From Armatimonadota bacterium (GTDB taxonomy: Bacteria; Armatimonadota; Fimbriimonadia; Fimbriimonadales; Fimbriimonadaceae), in NCBI GenBank assembly GCA_031400935.1, contig JANNQV010000017.1:62001-126000 (forward strand): a DNA stretch of 64,000 nucleotides, given 5' to 3'. The first letter of the stretch is position 1; every line of letters begins with the position of its first letter. The notes beneath the pieces are model-generated. The model was not told where the DNA came from. It ran no database searches and worked only from the letters and a program-made list of their open reading frames with translations. Position numbers and translations under genes: made by a program. Positions 38,792 to 48,096 of this stretch are shown here, in pieces.

Positions 38792-39502
38792 ATGGACGAA
38801 ATCTCAAAATCCCTGTTCAGTAATGGTTTTATTGGGGAATATCGGGATCCGAATGGCACTTTCGATATGGAAAATGCAATTCTGTCCGTTTTTGGCAAGA
38901 AACTGTCTCCCAACGAACTAGCCGACCTGATTTCAGCACCATCTGGATGCGAAACTGAGGTTTTCTTGGAAAAGTCAAAGTGTATCAACCAGCTAGATAT
39001 AGTTTGTGTCAATGCTGTGCATCCTGAGACTGGACTGCTATTGAACCGACAATTCTATAGTCATAATGGTTATAGACTTGTATTTCATAACGGATTTATG
39101 CGAGGAGATCATGTCAAAGGAACTGGAATAAGGGTACTAGCCAGAGAAGTTCGTAACTACCGGCAAAGAGGATTTCGCTTGATTTCGACGAAAGCAGGTA
39201 GAAATCCTGATCAGCAAGGCAATTGGAGAGCAGAGGCACCACATGTACAGGAAATCGGTTTTTGGTTTTGGCTTTCACTTGGATTTCGCGCTGACTTTGA
39301 AACTCCGTTACTAGAAAAGGTTCAAAGCGAGTACAGTTATGCAACAAACTCGCACGACCTTTTTGAATTGGATGGCGGCCTGGAATGGTGGAAACAAAAT
39401 GGAGAATCTGTATTTGCGCAATTTGATTTGAGTCCCAAAAGTCATCATTCGCAAATCTTTGCAAAGCAATTACAGTCAAAATTGGTTGATATTGAATTAT
39501 GA
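38792..39502 (+). CDS. Hypothetical protein, possible GNAT-like fold
   Basis: KGTGIRVL...GF..I...AG..IGFWFWLSLGF resembles GNAT motifs A/B. Confidence 0.55.
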   Translation: MDEISKSLFSNGFIGEYRDPNGTFDMENAILSVFGKKLSPNELADLISAPSGCETEVFLEKSKCINQLDIVCVNAVHPETGLLLNRQFYSHNGYRLVFHNGFMRGDHVKGTGIRVLAREVRNYRQRGFRLISTKAGRNPDQQGNWRAEAPHVQEIGFWFWLSLGFRADFETPLLEKVQSEYSYATNSHDLFELDGGLEWWKQNGESVFAQFDLSPKSHHSQIFAKQLQSKLVDIEL

Positions 39503-39945
39503 AAGACAATATAAACATTGAAAATGGCTTTGAAGATGAGCTTGACCAACTGTCGACAATACAAATCTGGACCTCATCTCGCACAATTCGTGCAGTTAGT
39601 TCAAGCTTGGGCACCCAAGATGTTCCGAAAGCAGAGGTTCTTTATCGTACTGCAGCAGATTCGTTTGCTGAAATGAACCGATTGGCGTTGCAATATTTAG
39701 AAACAGAAGAGGCAATTGCAAATGAATTTCAAGTCGAGATAAACTCGGCGCCTCATGCATCTAAGTACGCTACTGTCGAAAGTAGACCGTTAATTGGCGC
39801 GCAAACAAATGCTCCACACTGGATAAGAATCGAAGCCATTACAGCCGGGCGGGAGCTATTTTCGGCACCAGTCTCGAAGGGACTCGGGAGCGTCAGGTTT
39901 GCCAAGCCAAAGGCAAGTACACAAACGATACAAGTGCAACAATGA
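39499..39945 (+). CDS. Hypothetical protein
   Basis: ATGA overlaps at both ends, inside a three-gene operon. Confidence 0.55.
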   Translation: MKDNINIENGFEDELDQLSTIQIWTSSRTIRAVSSSLGTQDVPKAEVLYRTAADSFAEMNRLALQYLETEEAIANEFQVEINSAPHASKYATVESRPLIGAQTNAPHWIRIEAITAGRELFSAPVSKGLGSVRFAKPKASTQTIQVQQ

Positions 39946-40427
39946 AACTTGGATATGTTCTCTTAGCAGAAAAAATATTACTTGAAATGGACGTTTTTAC
40001 GCCCACCGCAATAAACATACTGGATGAAATTGGAGCATTTCAAATGGGACCAAAAGTCGAACCAACTCCAGCTAGGATCGTCCTGCCGTTCCCTTGTTCT
40101 CTACTAACGTTCTGGAAGCGAGAAGATTCGCCAGCAGGAACTTATCCAACTGAGATTGCTTTCATTGGTCCAAATGACATTGAACTGGATAGATTTGATG
40201 GTCCAGAAGTTGTTTGGGGAGGCAAAGACTCGCCATGGCGTTTTTATGGACGACAGAATTTTTTCGGAATTCCTACCGCTGGTTCCGGAGATCATAGAAT
40301 TGCTGTCTATCTGAAAGGTGAGGCAATTCCTGTAGGAGAATGGCAATTTAAGGTTTTGATTACAACCGAGGCTCCCGAAGGTTTTCAAGTGCCACGAGAA
40401 ATGAAGCCGAAAGAATCAGCCAAATAG
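39942..40427 (+). CDS. DUF6941-like beta-sandwich protein
   Basis: LLAE......INI.D..I..P..G.H.I.V pattern. Confidence 0.55.
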   Translation: MKLGYVLLAEKILLEMDVFTPTAINILDEIGAFQMGPKVEPTPARIVLPFPCSLLTFWKREDSPAGTYPTEIAFIGPNDIELDRFDGPEVVWGGKDSPWRFYGRQNFFGIPTAGSGDHRIAVYLKGEAIPVGEWQFKVLITTEAPEGFQVPREMKPKESAK

Positions 40428-40463
40428 CTGAAGTGTTTGATCTCTCAACGTTTGGTTTTCGTT

Positions 40464-41852
40464 CTACTTCGCCTTCATCCACATCGCCTGCAAAATCCCT
40501 CTCGGATTGGTGAACTTCAGCCTCGACTTCTGGTTGGAATAGTTCCCGATCACCATGAACCTGCCGACTTTTGGATCGTTGCCATAGCCCAGAAGGCTGT
40601 ACCTGCCGCCCTTGCTCAGCACGAGTTCATCGTCATCAACCGACCACGTTCCAGCGTCCTTTTCGCGAATGTTGCCTGCCGCACCAACTGCCATGAGCGT
40701 TCGCTTGTACGAACCATCTCCACCAAGATTAAGGTACGAAGCGGTGCTGATCGTGGCGTTGCCAGCGTACGCCCCGCTTCGCGTGACGTAGGTTGCGTAT
40801 TCGGTGCCGGATTCGCTCCATTCGCCCGCCAAGTTTGCAGCAGAAAAGAGTTTGACCTTAGCTGCGGATGCGCCCGGAATCTTAGCCGTGTCCAAGAAAT
40901 TTGCGATCTCATTTTCGACGTCGTTGTTCATCATCCAGTCAATTCCTGTACAAATTCCCATTACCGGAACGACCTTCCCGCCATGGGCGATCATGTAAAG
41001 GGCAACGGTTGCCGTACTTCCATTTTTGGCTGTCGCGCTCCGTTCGCCATCAAAGGCGCAAGCTTGCCCGGATTTCAGGCGTACCAAAAGCGGAACTGGG
41101 GCAATCTTTGTCGTGTAATTCGGGGTCACAAAGTCGTTCCAATAGCCTACAAACTGGCTGCGAAGGTCCGCACCTAAGGTTTCGGTTGGGAAAATCAGAA
41201 GGCTGACTCGGAACTTGGTCCACTGCTCGTTCTTTTCTTTCACCAATAGCGGGTAGCCGTTGATATCTGATTTTGTCCAACCTGGCGGAACAGAATATTG
41301 AAGATCAACGACGCCGGAGCTTGCCGGTGCCGCAGCAGGAGCTACAGTAGTTGCGGTCACACCCATTGCGCGAATCATGGCGGCGAAAGTGTCTGCATAT
41401 TGTGTCATGGTTTCGATGCTTTCAGAAAGCACGATGACAACTCCGCCTTCATCGCCTTTTTTGACAGCCATTAACTGAGAAATGAGGCTCTTGCCGCCAA
41501 CTTCAATGGTTCCTAAAAGAAATTTGTAATCCCATCCGCCATCTGATTTGGACTGCTTGGGATCTATTGCCGCTTTAAATGTTCCCGTTTCTGCTGCCAT
41601 TGCCTTTGCGGAATCGAGGAGCGAATCGAGGCTAGCTGCTTTGCCCTCTGTAGGGGTAATCATCACGACATAGAACTTTCCAGCGCCAACATCCCCAGGG
41701 GTCAAGATAATTGCTTTGTCTTGCTTTTCGGTTTTCCATCCAGCGGGAGCTGTGATCGGTAGGTCTGCAAAATCATTATCGGTGGAAGTGATTCGAGCAG
41801 GATTTGGACTCGAAAAGGCTATAAATGCACATATTGCGGCTACCAGATTCAT
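40464..41852 (-). CDS. Hypothetical secreted protein
   Basis: GGAG RBS, signal peptide, internally repeated P.GW domains, C-terminal LAGEW..G.W domain. Confidence 0.75.
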   Translation of the reverse strand: MNLVAAICAFIAFSSPNPARITSTDNDFADLPITAPAGWKTEKQDKAIILTPGDVGAGKFYVVMITPTEGKAASLDSLLDSAKAMAAETGTFKAAIDPKQSKSDGGWDYKFLLGTIEVGGKSLISQLMAVKKGDEGGVVIVLSESIETMTQYADTFAAMIRAMGVTATTVAPAAAPASSGVVDLQYSVPPGWTKSDINGYPLLVKEKNEQWTKFRVSLLIFPTETLGADLRSQFVGYWNDFVTPNYTTKIAPVPLLVRLKSGQACAFDGERSATAKNGSTATVALYMIAHGGKVVPVMGICTGIDWMMNNDVENEIANFLDTAKIPGASAAKVKLFSAANLAGEWSESGTEYATYVTRSGAYAGNATISTASYLNLGGDGSYKRTLMAVGAAGNIREKDAGTWSVDDDELVLSKGGRYSLLGYGNDPKVGRFMVIGNYSNQKSRLKFTNPRGILQAMWMKAK

Positions 41853-42040
41853 GGTTGAATTCTCCTGAGACCTTCTCGGTAGGTCTTACATTGCAATTAT
41901 AGCAAGGGTTGGGAAATGGTTTGGGATTAGGGGCTAGAGCAGGGAATTGTGGATTGTAGATTGTGGATTGTGGATTGCCGAAAGATGCCTATCACAAATG
42001 CAGCTCTACCAACAACCGAGAACCGACAAAACCAGCGTCT

Positions 42041-43099
42041 TTAGCCCAGTTTCGGCGACCAAGGCGGCTCAGTTAGAGGCTCTACAAGATGCCTTCCCGT
42101 TTGAACGTTATATTCCTTCAGCCTGCCAAAAAGCTGGCGAACCTTTTGCTCGATCAGTTCATAGTTCAATGTTTCAAAGATGGCGCCGGTTCGGAAGTGG
42201 CCTTCCTCGTCAGGGATGTTACGCGATTTGCGAATGCCTTCCTCTACCTTGCGAAGGCTTTCCACGCCCAATTGAGCCAAAGCGACTCTGGCAACATCAC
42301 GACTGTAATTTCGTGGGCCGTAGACGCCGATCCTCATGACGGTTTCAGCAAATTCTGCGAAATTAGGGATGATGTCAGCCGCTGGCATGGCGAAATGACG
42401 CAAGACGTTGCCAAGTGCTTCCAGCGCTTTCACAGGAAAGAAATAGAGTTGAAGACGGGCGCATTCAAGAAAGAAGTGGTAGTGCGCGGCTTCGTCGGCA
42501 GCAATGAGCTTGCAAGCGTGCTCAAGCACGAGGTCAGTGTCAGCTTCCCCGCTGAATCCCTTTCCACGGGCAAGAATTCCAAGATTTAGGTAGTTGACCT
42601 GCGTCGCTCGCTCCTGGAAAACCGTGTAGAAGAGCATGTGCACCGGGTCTTCCCAAGGAAGGACCCACTCATTGTTTCGAAGGGTCTCGCCGTATTCATA
42701 AACCCATTCGGCACTTCGCCTATTTCCCCAAAGGATGGCGTTACGCCATAGCTCCATGTGCTTTTGCTCCTCTGATCCCCAGCGAAGTTGAAAATGCGAT
42801 CGTCCATGAGACTTGCGAACAGTTTCAAGAATCCTGTTGGTATAGTCCGGCACATATTGTTCAACGGCGAAAAACCCTTCAATCGCAATATGGCATTCTT
42901 CCGTATGGTCCTGGCGCATGTCGCCCCATGCGATGGTGCTGTCTGGGTTCCAATTTCGGCTTTCCTGAGACCTAGCTACATACCATCGGTATTGCGAAAC
43001 GATCGCGTCTTCAAGCATTCGATGGCGTTCGGCCTGCGATAAGTTTATTACAGGTGGAAGCTCAAGTTCGGGAGGAGTAAGTGATACGGAAGGAGTCAT
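42041..43099 (-). CDS. Acyl-ACP desaturase (ferritin-like diiron)
   Basis: W..EEQKH, FQERAT, IAADEAAH, FAMP. Confidence 0.88.
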   Translation of the reverse strand: MTPSVSLTPPELELPPVINLSQAERHRMLEDAIVSQYRWYVARSQESRNWNPDSTIAWGDMRQDHTEECHIAIEGFFAVEQYVPDYTNRILETVRKSHGRSHFQLRWGSEEQKHMELWRNAILWGNRRSAEWVYEYGETLRNNEWVLPWEDPVHMLFYTVFQERATQVNYLNLGILARGKGFSGEADTDLVLEHACKLIAADEAAHYHFFLECARLQLYFFPVKALEALGNVLRHFAMPAADIIPNFAEFAETVMRIGVYGPRNYSRDVARVALAQLGVESLRKVEEGIRKSRNIPDEEGHFRTGAIFETLNYELIEQKVRQLFGRLKEYNVQTGRHLVEPLTEPPWSPKLG

Positions 43100-43189
43100 G
43101 TGATCGTCCAGACGGCGGCATAAGCTGAGGAGTGGGGTTTGCCATTTCCCGAAGATACTTACTATTGTAGACCACTTACACGCTCCAAA

Positions 43190-43360
43190 CGTTGTTGGTT
43201 ATTGGTTTTTGGTTATTGGTTGTTGGCTATCATCGCTTAGCAGTTCTCAGTATGCAGTTTGCGATTTTCGGCAATCCACAATCCACAATAGTGCCCAATC
43301 CAAAATCCAAAATCTAAAATCCGCTCTCCACTCTCCACTCTCCACTCTCCACTCTGCACT
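43190..43360. repeat. Cluster of heptamer tandem repeats
   Basis: ttggtta, aatccac, aatccaa and ctccact units. Confidence 0.75.
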
Positions 43361-43387
43361 TTCCCCTTCCCCAAGTACACTAGACCC

Positions 43388-44326
43388 ATGTCACGGGTGT
43401 TCGCAACAGCAGATATTGGAAGCAACACCGTGCATCTTTTGATAGCTTCGGTTGAAGAGAGACGGAATTCGGGAGCGGGGAGCGGAAGGTCGCCAACCGA
43501 CAACCGACAACCCCAAATAGTTACCCGAATCGAAAACCAAAGCGAATGGCTGGCGCTTGGCGAGGCAGTAGCAAGAACAGGCGAAATTCCACTGGATCGT
43601 GCGGAATCGCTCATTCAACTGTTAAGAGATTATGAAGATTCTGCGCAACGTTTCCAGGCGGAGCGGCTGTACGTCTTTGCTACAGAAGCAATGAGAGCAG
43701 CGTTAAACAGCAGTCAAGTCTTAGAACGAATCCGGGTCGAAACGGGCATTGTAGTTGACCTCATTTCGCCTCGCAGAGAAGCTGAACTTTCGCTAAAGGG
43801 CGTGGGAATGGAATCCACTGCGCCACTTGGACTTTTGCTGGAGGTCGGAGGAGGGTCAGCTCAAATCGCCATTTGTAACGACAAACTAATCAACGCAGAG
43901 TACTCATTGCCGATTGGAACCGGGAGGCTTCAAGCCGATTTGAAACTTTCGCAACCCGCAACCAATCAAGCTGTCGCCAATATTCGTGAAATCATCGTTC
44001 GATCACTGCAAGCGGTTCCAAAACAACCGATAAATGGACTAACAGTTGCAAGCGGAGGCATTGCGCGAGGACTGTGGAGAGCACTGCATCCTGATGGCGA
44101 GCAAAATATCGCTTTGCCCGAGATCGAGTTCTTGGAATGGACATGTGCCAGGTTGACACGCGATCAGATCGGCAAGAGATTTGGGGTGAAATCGAAGAGA
44201 GCTGCCGCGATGCTTCCAGGGGCAATTGTTTACGGATCGTTAATGAGGCACTTTAGAATTGAAGAAATTTTTGTAAGCGAGTTTGGGGTGCGTGAGGGCG
44301 CGATTTTGGAGATGGCTGAGGATTAG
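43388..44326 (+). CDS. ppx: Ppx/GppA exopolyphosphatase
   Basis: DIGSNTVHL, ATEAMR, EVGGGS, GVREG. Confidence 0.9.
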   Translation: MSRVFATADIGSNTVHLLIASVEERRNSGAGSGRSPTDNRQPQIVTRIENQSEWLALGEAVARTGEIPLDRAESLIQLLRDYEDSAQRFQAERLYVFATEAMRAALNSSQVLERIRVETGIVVDLISPRREAELSLKGVGMESTAPLGLLLEVGGGSAQIAICNDKLINAEYSLPIGTGRLQADLKLSQPATNQAVANIREIIVRSLQAVPKQPINGLTVASGGIARGLWRALHPDGEQNIALPEIEFLEWTCARLTRDQIGKRFGVKSKRAAAMLPGAIVYGSLMRHFRIEEIFVSEFGVREGAILEMAED

Positions 44327-44357
44327 AAGCGAAGGAAACTCTTCTGGAAGTGCGCGC

Positions 44358-44427
44358 GCTTGACCGCGTTTTTCGGCGATATAGAATGAAAACTAAATTC
44401 AAAAGATAGTTAATAGCGCGGTCAAGC
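44358..44427 (+). promoter_or_regulatory. sigma70 promoter of ppk1 inside an 11-bp inverted repeat
   Basis: TTGACC-N16-TAGAAT; gcttgaccgcg/cgcggtcaagc. Confidence 0.55.
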
Positions 44428-44445
44428 CCGCGACTCCCAGAAAAC

Positions 44446-46560
44446 ATGAGACGAACAAAACGACCGAAAAGAGAGGCCTCACCAGACCAGTACATCAACC
44501 GCGAGTTGAGCTGGCTGGCATTCAATCTTAGAGTTCTTGCAGAAGCTCGCAATGCTGCGAACCCATTGCTGGAAAGGCTCAAATTCTTGGCAATTTTTGA
44601 ATCGAACTTAGATGAATTCTATATGGTTCGCGTTTCAGGATTGATCGAACAACTTGAGAGTGACTATTCAAAACTGACGCCCGACGGACTGACAGTTTCT
44701 GAGCAGCTTAAGAAAATTCACGAAGTCGCAGTTCCAATGCGTCAGCATGCAACGCAGGTTTTTCAAAAGGAACTGATTCCAAATTTGGAAGCTGAGGCGA
44801 TTCGGATCATTTCATACACCGATCTTTCTCCCAGAAAGCGCCGCGAAGTTGACACATATTTCAAGAACGAAATTTTCCCCGTTTGCACCCCTCTTGTTCT
44901 TTATCCGGCTGCCACTACGCCGTTCATTTCCAATCGAAGCTTGAACCTAGTTGTCGTGCTTGAAAATCCATCGGCAGAACTCTGTTTGGCGCGAGTCAAG
45001 ATTCCAAGCATTTTGCCACGGGCAATTCGGACATCTACACGAAACTACGATTATGTGATGATCGAGGACATCATTGCGAACAATCTCGATGCACTTTTCC
45101 CAGGTGTAGAAATTCGTGGGGCCTACCCATTCCGCGTAATTCGAGATGCCGACATTGAAATTCGAGAATTGGAGGCCGCCGACCTCTTAACTGCAGTCGA
45201 GGAGATGACTCGAAGGCGCCGTTTTGGAGCACCTGTTCGAATTGATTTGAACCCCAAAATGCCGCAAAATGTTCGCTCCCGATTGCTGACTATGTTGGAA
45301 CTAGACGAATCAGACGTTTTTGAAGTTTCTGGTTTGATTGGCCTCGATTTCCTTTGGGAGCTTGCGGCCTTGGACCTTCCAAAACTCAAATATTCTCCAT
45401 TCGCGGCGTTTCATCATGAATCGCTTTCGACTTCAGATGCAATTTTTGAATCAATCAAAAAGGGTCCAGTAATTGGTCATCAGCCGTTTGACTCTTTCAG
45501 GCCTGTCGAAGAATTCATCGCCTCGGCAGCCAGAGATCCTAAAGTTATCGGAATCAAACAATCGCTTTACCGGGTCGGATCTCATTCACCCATTGTGGAA
45601 TCGCTTCTCGCAGCCGCAGAAGAAGGCAAGCAAGTAGCTGTAATGGTCGAGCTGAAAGCCCGATTTGATGAGAGTAATAACATCGTTTGGGCGAGGGCGC
45701 TAGAGCGTGCGGGAGCACACGTCAGCTACGGATTCAGTGAACTAAAGACCCATTGCAAACTTTGTTTAATCGTGCGTCGAGAAGGCGGTTCCATGCACAC
45801 ATACGCGCACTTAGGAACAGGCAATTACAATCCAGCTACCGCCCGGCTCTATACCGATTTGGGGATTTTCACTGACAACCCAGATGTTTGCCAAGACATT
45901 GCCGAACTGTTCAACTACTTGACCGGCTTCTCTAAGCAATCGAGTTATCGAACCCTGTTGGTTGCTCCGATCAACTTACGCGAAGGCATTATTGAACGCA
46001 TTGAAAGAGAGATTGAACACCACAAAGAAACAAAGAATGGAAGGATCATTTTTAAGCTGAATTCGCTTGTTGATCCGGAAGTTACCGATGTTCTTTACGA
46101 TGCCTCAAGGGCTGGAATCAAAATTGATTTGATTGTTCGAGGCATCTGTTGTTTGCGACCTGGCATTGTCGGTTTCAGTGAAAATATTACTGTCACAAGT
46201 ATCGTCGGCAGATTTTTAGAACACAGTCGCGCTTACTACTTTGGGAATAACGGCGATCCAGAATTGCTAATCGGAAGTGCCGATCTTATGCGGCGCAACC
46301 TTGATTTGCGAATTGAGGTTCTTGCGCCAGTCCAAAGTGTCGATCTCGTGCGCCTCGTTAAACAAGAAGTTCTCGATATTTGTTTGCGAGACAACACGAA
46401 TGCTTGGAAACTCCAATGCGATGGAACTTATGTTCGGCGAAAACCGACGAAAAACGAGCCTGCATTCAACTCCCATTTGTGGCTGCTTGCAAACCCGACT
46501 TCCAAGAGTGCGTTCGAGAAAACTCGGTCTGATATCCCTGTAAACACACAATCTTCATAA
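44446..46560 (+). CDS. ppk1: Polyphosphate kinase 1
   Basis: NRELSWLAFN.RVL, ELKARFDE, KTHCK, GRFLEHSR, SADLM.RNL. Confidence 0.97.
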   Translation: MRRTKRPKREASPDQYINRELSWLAFNLRVLAEARNAANPLLERLKFLAIFESNLDEFYMVRVSGLIEQLESDYSKLTPDGLTVSEQLKKIHEVAVPMRQHATQVFQKELIPNLEAEAIRIISYTDLSPRKRREVDTYFKNEIFPVCTPLVLYPAATTPFISNRSLNLVVVLENPSAELCLARVKIPSILPRAIRTSTRNYDYVMIEDIIANNLDALFPGVEIRGAYPFRVIRDADIEIRELEAADLLTAVEEMTRRRRFGAPVRIDLNPKMPQNVRSRLLTMLELDESDVFEVSGLIGLDFLWELAALDLPKLKYSPFAAFHHESLSTSDAIFESIKKGPVIGHQPFDSFRPVEEFIASAARDPKVIGIKQSLYRVGSHSPIVESLLAAAEEGKQVAVMVELKARFDESNNIVWARALERAGAHVSYGFSELKTHCKLCLIVRREGGSMHTYAHLGTGNYNPATARLYTDLGIFTDNPDVCQDIAELFNYLTGFSKQSSYRTLLVAPINLREGIIERIEREIEHHKETKNGRIIFKLNSLVDPEVTDVLYDASRAGIKIDLIVRGICCLRPGIVGFSENITVTSIVGRFLEHSRAYYFGNNGDPELLIGSADLMRRNLDLRIEVLAPVQSVDLVRLVKQEVLDICLRDNTNAWKLQCDGTYVRRKPTKNEPAFNSHLWLLANPTSKSAFEKTRSDIPVNTQSS

Positions 46561-46576
46561 ATATTTTCAATATCCA

Positions 46577-46603
46577 TGAAACTGTTAGAGGGTACCAACG
46601 TCC
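46577..46603 (+). promoter_or_regulatory. ECF sigma-type promoter
   Basis: TGAAAC-N16-CGTC upstream of a GGAGG RBS. Confidence 0.55.
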
Positions 46604-46641
46604 TGGTATCGAATCAAGAGTTCTATGGAGGGACTTCACTC

Positions 46642-48096
46642 ATGTTAGCTACTTGGCTGCCCATCGCGGCGGCGGCGGTCTTTGTTCTTGCTGTTTGGTC
46701 TGGCAAACGCCAAATTTCTGAATCACCTGAGTCCAACAGACTGGGCAAATCGGCACATTTGGGGGGCGGGCTGTGCCTTGCAATTGGACTACTCTCGGTT
46801 TTGGCGGGATTCACTTGGCAAACCAGTTTCCCAGGAATTCTGCAAGCTGGCATTGGTGCGCTTATCGGCTCGTTTGTTGCAGCGATCGCAGGCTTTCTTG
46901 GTTCGCGATTTGATTCGAACCATGAAAACCGATACGCACCGATTGCCCTTGGTGCTTTGGCTATTGCGCTTTGCGCTTTCTTCCCTGCCGACGTGCGGAA
47001 TTCGGGCATTCTAGGCGTTTGCTTTGGAATATCTACGGGTGCATGGATTCTCGGAGTCGCACCAAGTGCATGGCCTTCTTCTGCAGCAACAAGCGCTTTT
47101 GGAATCGGTATTACTTCGATTTTTGGGACCTACGGTTATGGTGATTTGGCAAGTCAGTTCCCTATCATCTTTGCTTTGGCTATCGTGGTTGTTGGCATCG
47201 TCGCCGAAACCGCCGTTCCAAAGTCGGCTGCCAATCGCTCCTCATTCCTTCCGATAGTTCTGGCCGTTTTTGGCGCTGGAATCGCCTATTTGTTAGCAAG
47301 CAAATTTGCGGTTGTCGTCGAAGTTGGAAGTCCAGCAACGCCGGTAGAAGGTGGCAATCTTGGAACTCTAGCCATGTTGGCTGCCGGAGGCGCTCTCGTG
47401 ACTCATTGGGTTTTGCCTTCCAACCGAAACGCGAATGGAGCGACTTCCGCTCTCGCCGTTCTTCTCTGGATCGGATTGGCAACCATCGCATTCGGAATCC
47501 AGAGTGGGTTTGGCATCGCCACGCTCTTTGTTTCGGCTTCCATTCTGCTTCTGTGTTTCGGCAACGCTAGGGCGATTTTGGCACTCGGTCCAATCGCAGC
47601 GATAACAGCCTTTCGGCTTCTGAAGGAAATGTCGGATTCCACAAAGGCTCTTGACATCGGCCAGCATTACGGCATGATGGGGCTTGTTGTCGGCGCGACA
47701 ATTGTTGTAATTGGTGTCGAATGGCTGCGAAGCATTGAAGCAAAATCAGACTCAAAAACAGTGATTGCAGGAGCTTTGTGGACCGGAATTTTCATTTCCG
47801 TGCCCGCGTGCATCGCCATCGTATTGGGCGCAAAGGGCTTTGTTGGAGCGGTAGCCGGAATCGGTTTTGGTTCGGTGATTGCGCTCTTGATCGGTTCTAA
47901 TCGAGCACTTCCCTTTCAAGCCCTTACTGCCCTTTTGCCTTTAATGCTTCTGGAATACCCTTGGCTTACTGAAAAACTCGACCTGACCAGAGACCTCAAA
48001 GTGCAAAGCCTAATTGGCTTTGCAGTAGTTCTCGTAACTCTCTCAGCCGCTATCGGCTGGCTATCTCGTCCGGAATCAGCTCCTGATGGAGCGTAA
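46642..48096 (+). CDS. Polytopic membrane protein of unknown function
   Basis: GGAGG RBS then ATG 46642; many TM helices; stop overlaps the next gene. Confidence 0.75.
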   Translation: MLATWLPIAAAAVFVLAVWSGKRQISESPESNRLGKSAHLGGGLCLAIGLLSVLAGFTWQTSFPGILQAGIGALIGSFVAAIAGFLGSRFDSNHENRYAPIALGALAIALCAFFPADVRNSGILGVCFGISTGAWILGVAPSAWPSSAATSAFGIGITSIFGTYGYGDLASQFPIIFALAIVVVGIVAETAVPKSAANRSSFLPIVLAVFGAGIAYLLASKFAVVVEVGSPATPVEGGNLGTLAMLAAGGALVTHWVLPSNRNANGATSALAVLLWIGLATIAFGIQSGFGIATLFVSASILLLCFGNARAILALGPIAAITAFRLLKEMSDSTKALDIGQHYGMMGLVVGATIVVIGVEWLRSIEAKSDSKTVIAGALWTGIFISVPACIAIVLGAKGFVGAVAGIGFGSVIALLIGSNRALPFQALTALLPLMLLEYPWLTEKLDLTRDLKVQSLIGFAVVLVTLSAAIGWLSRPESAPDGA

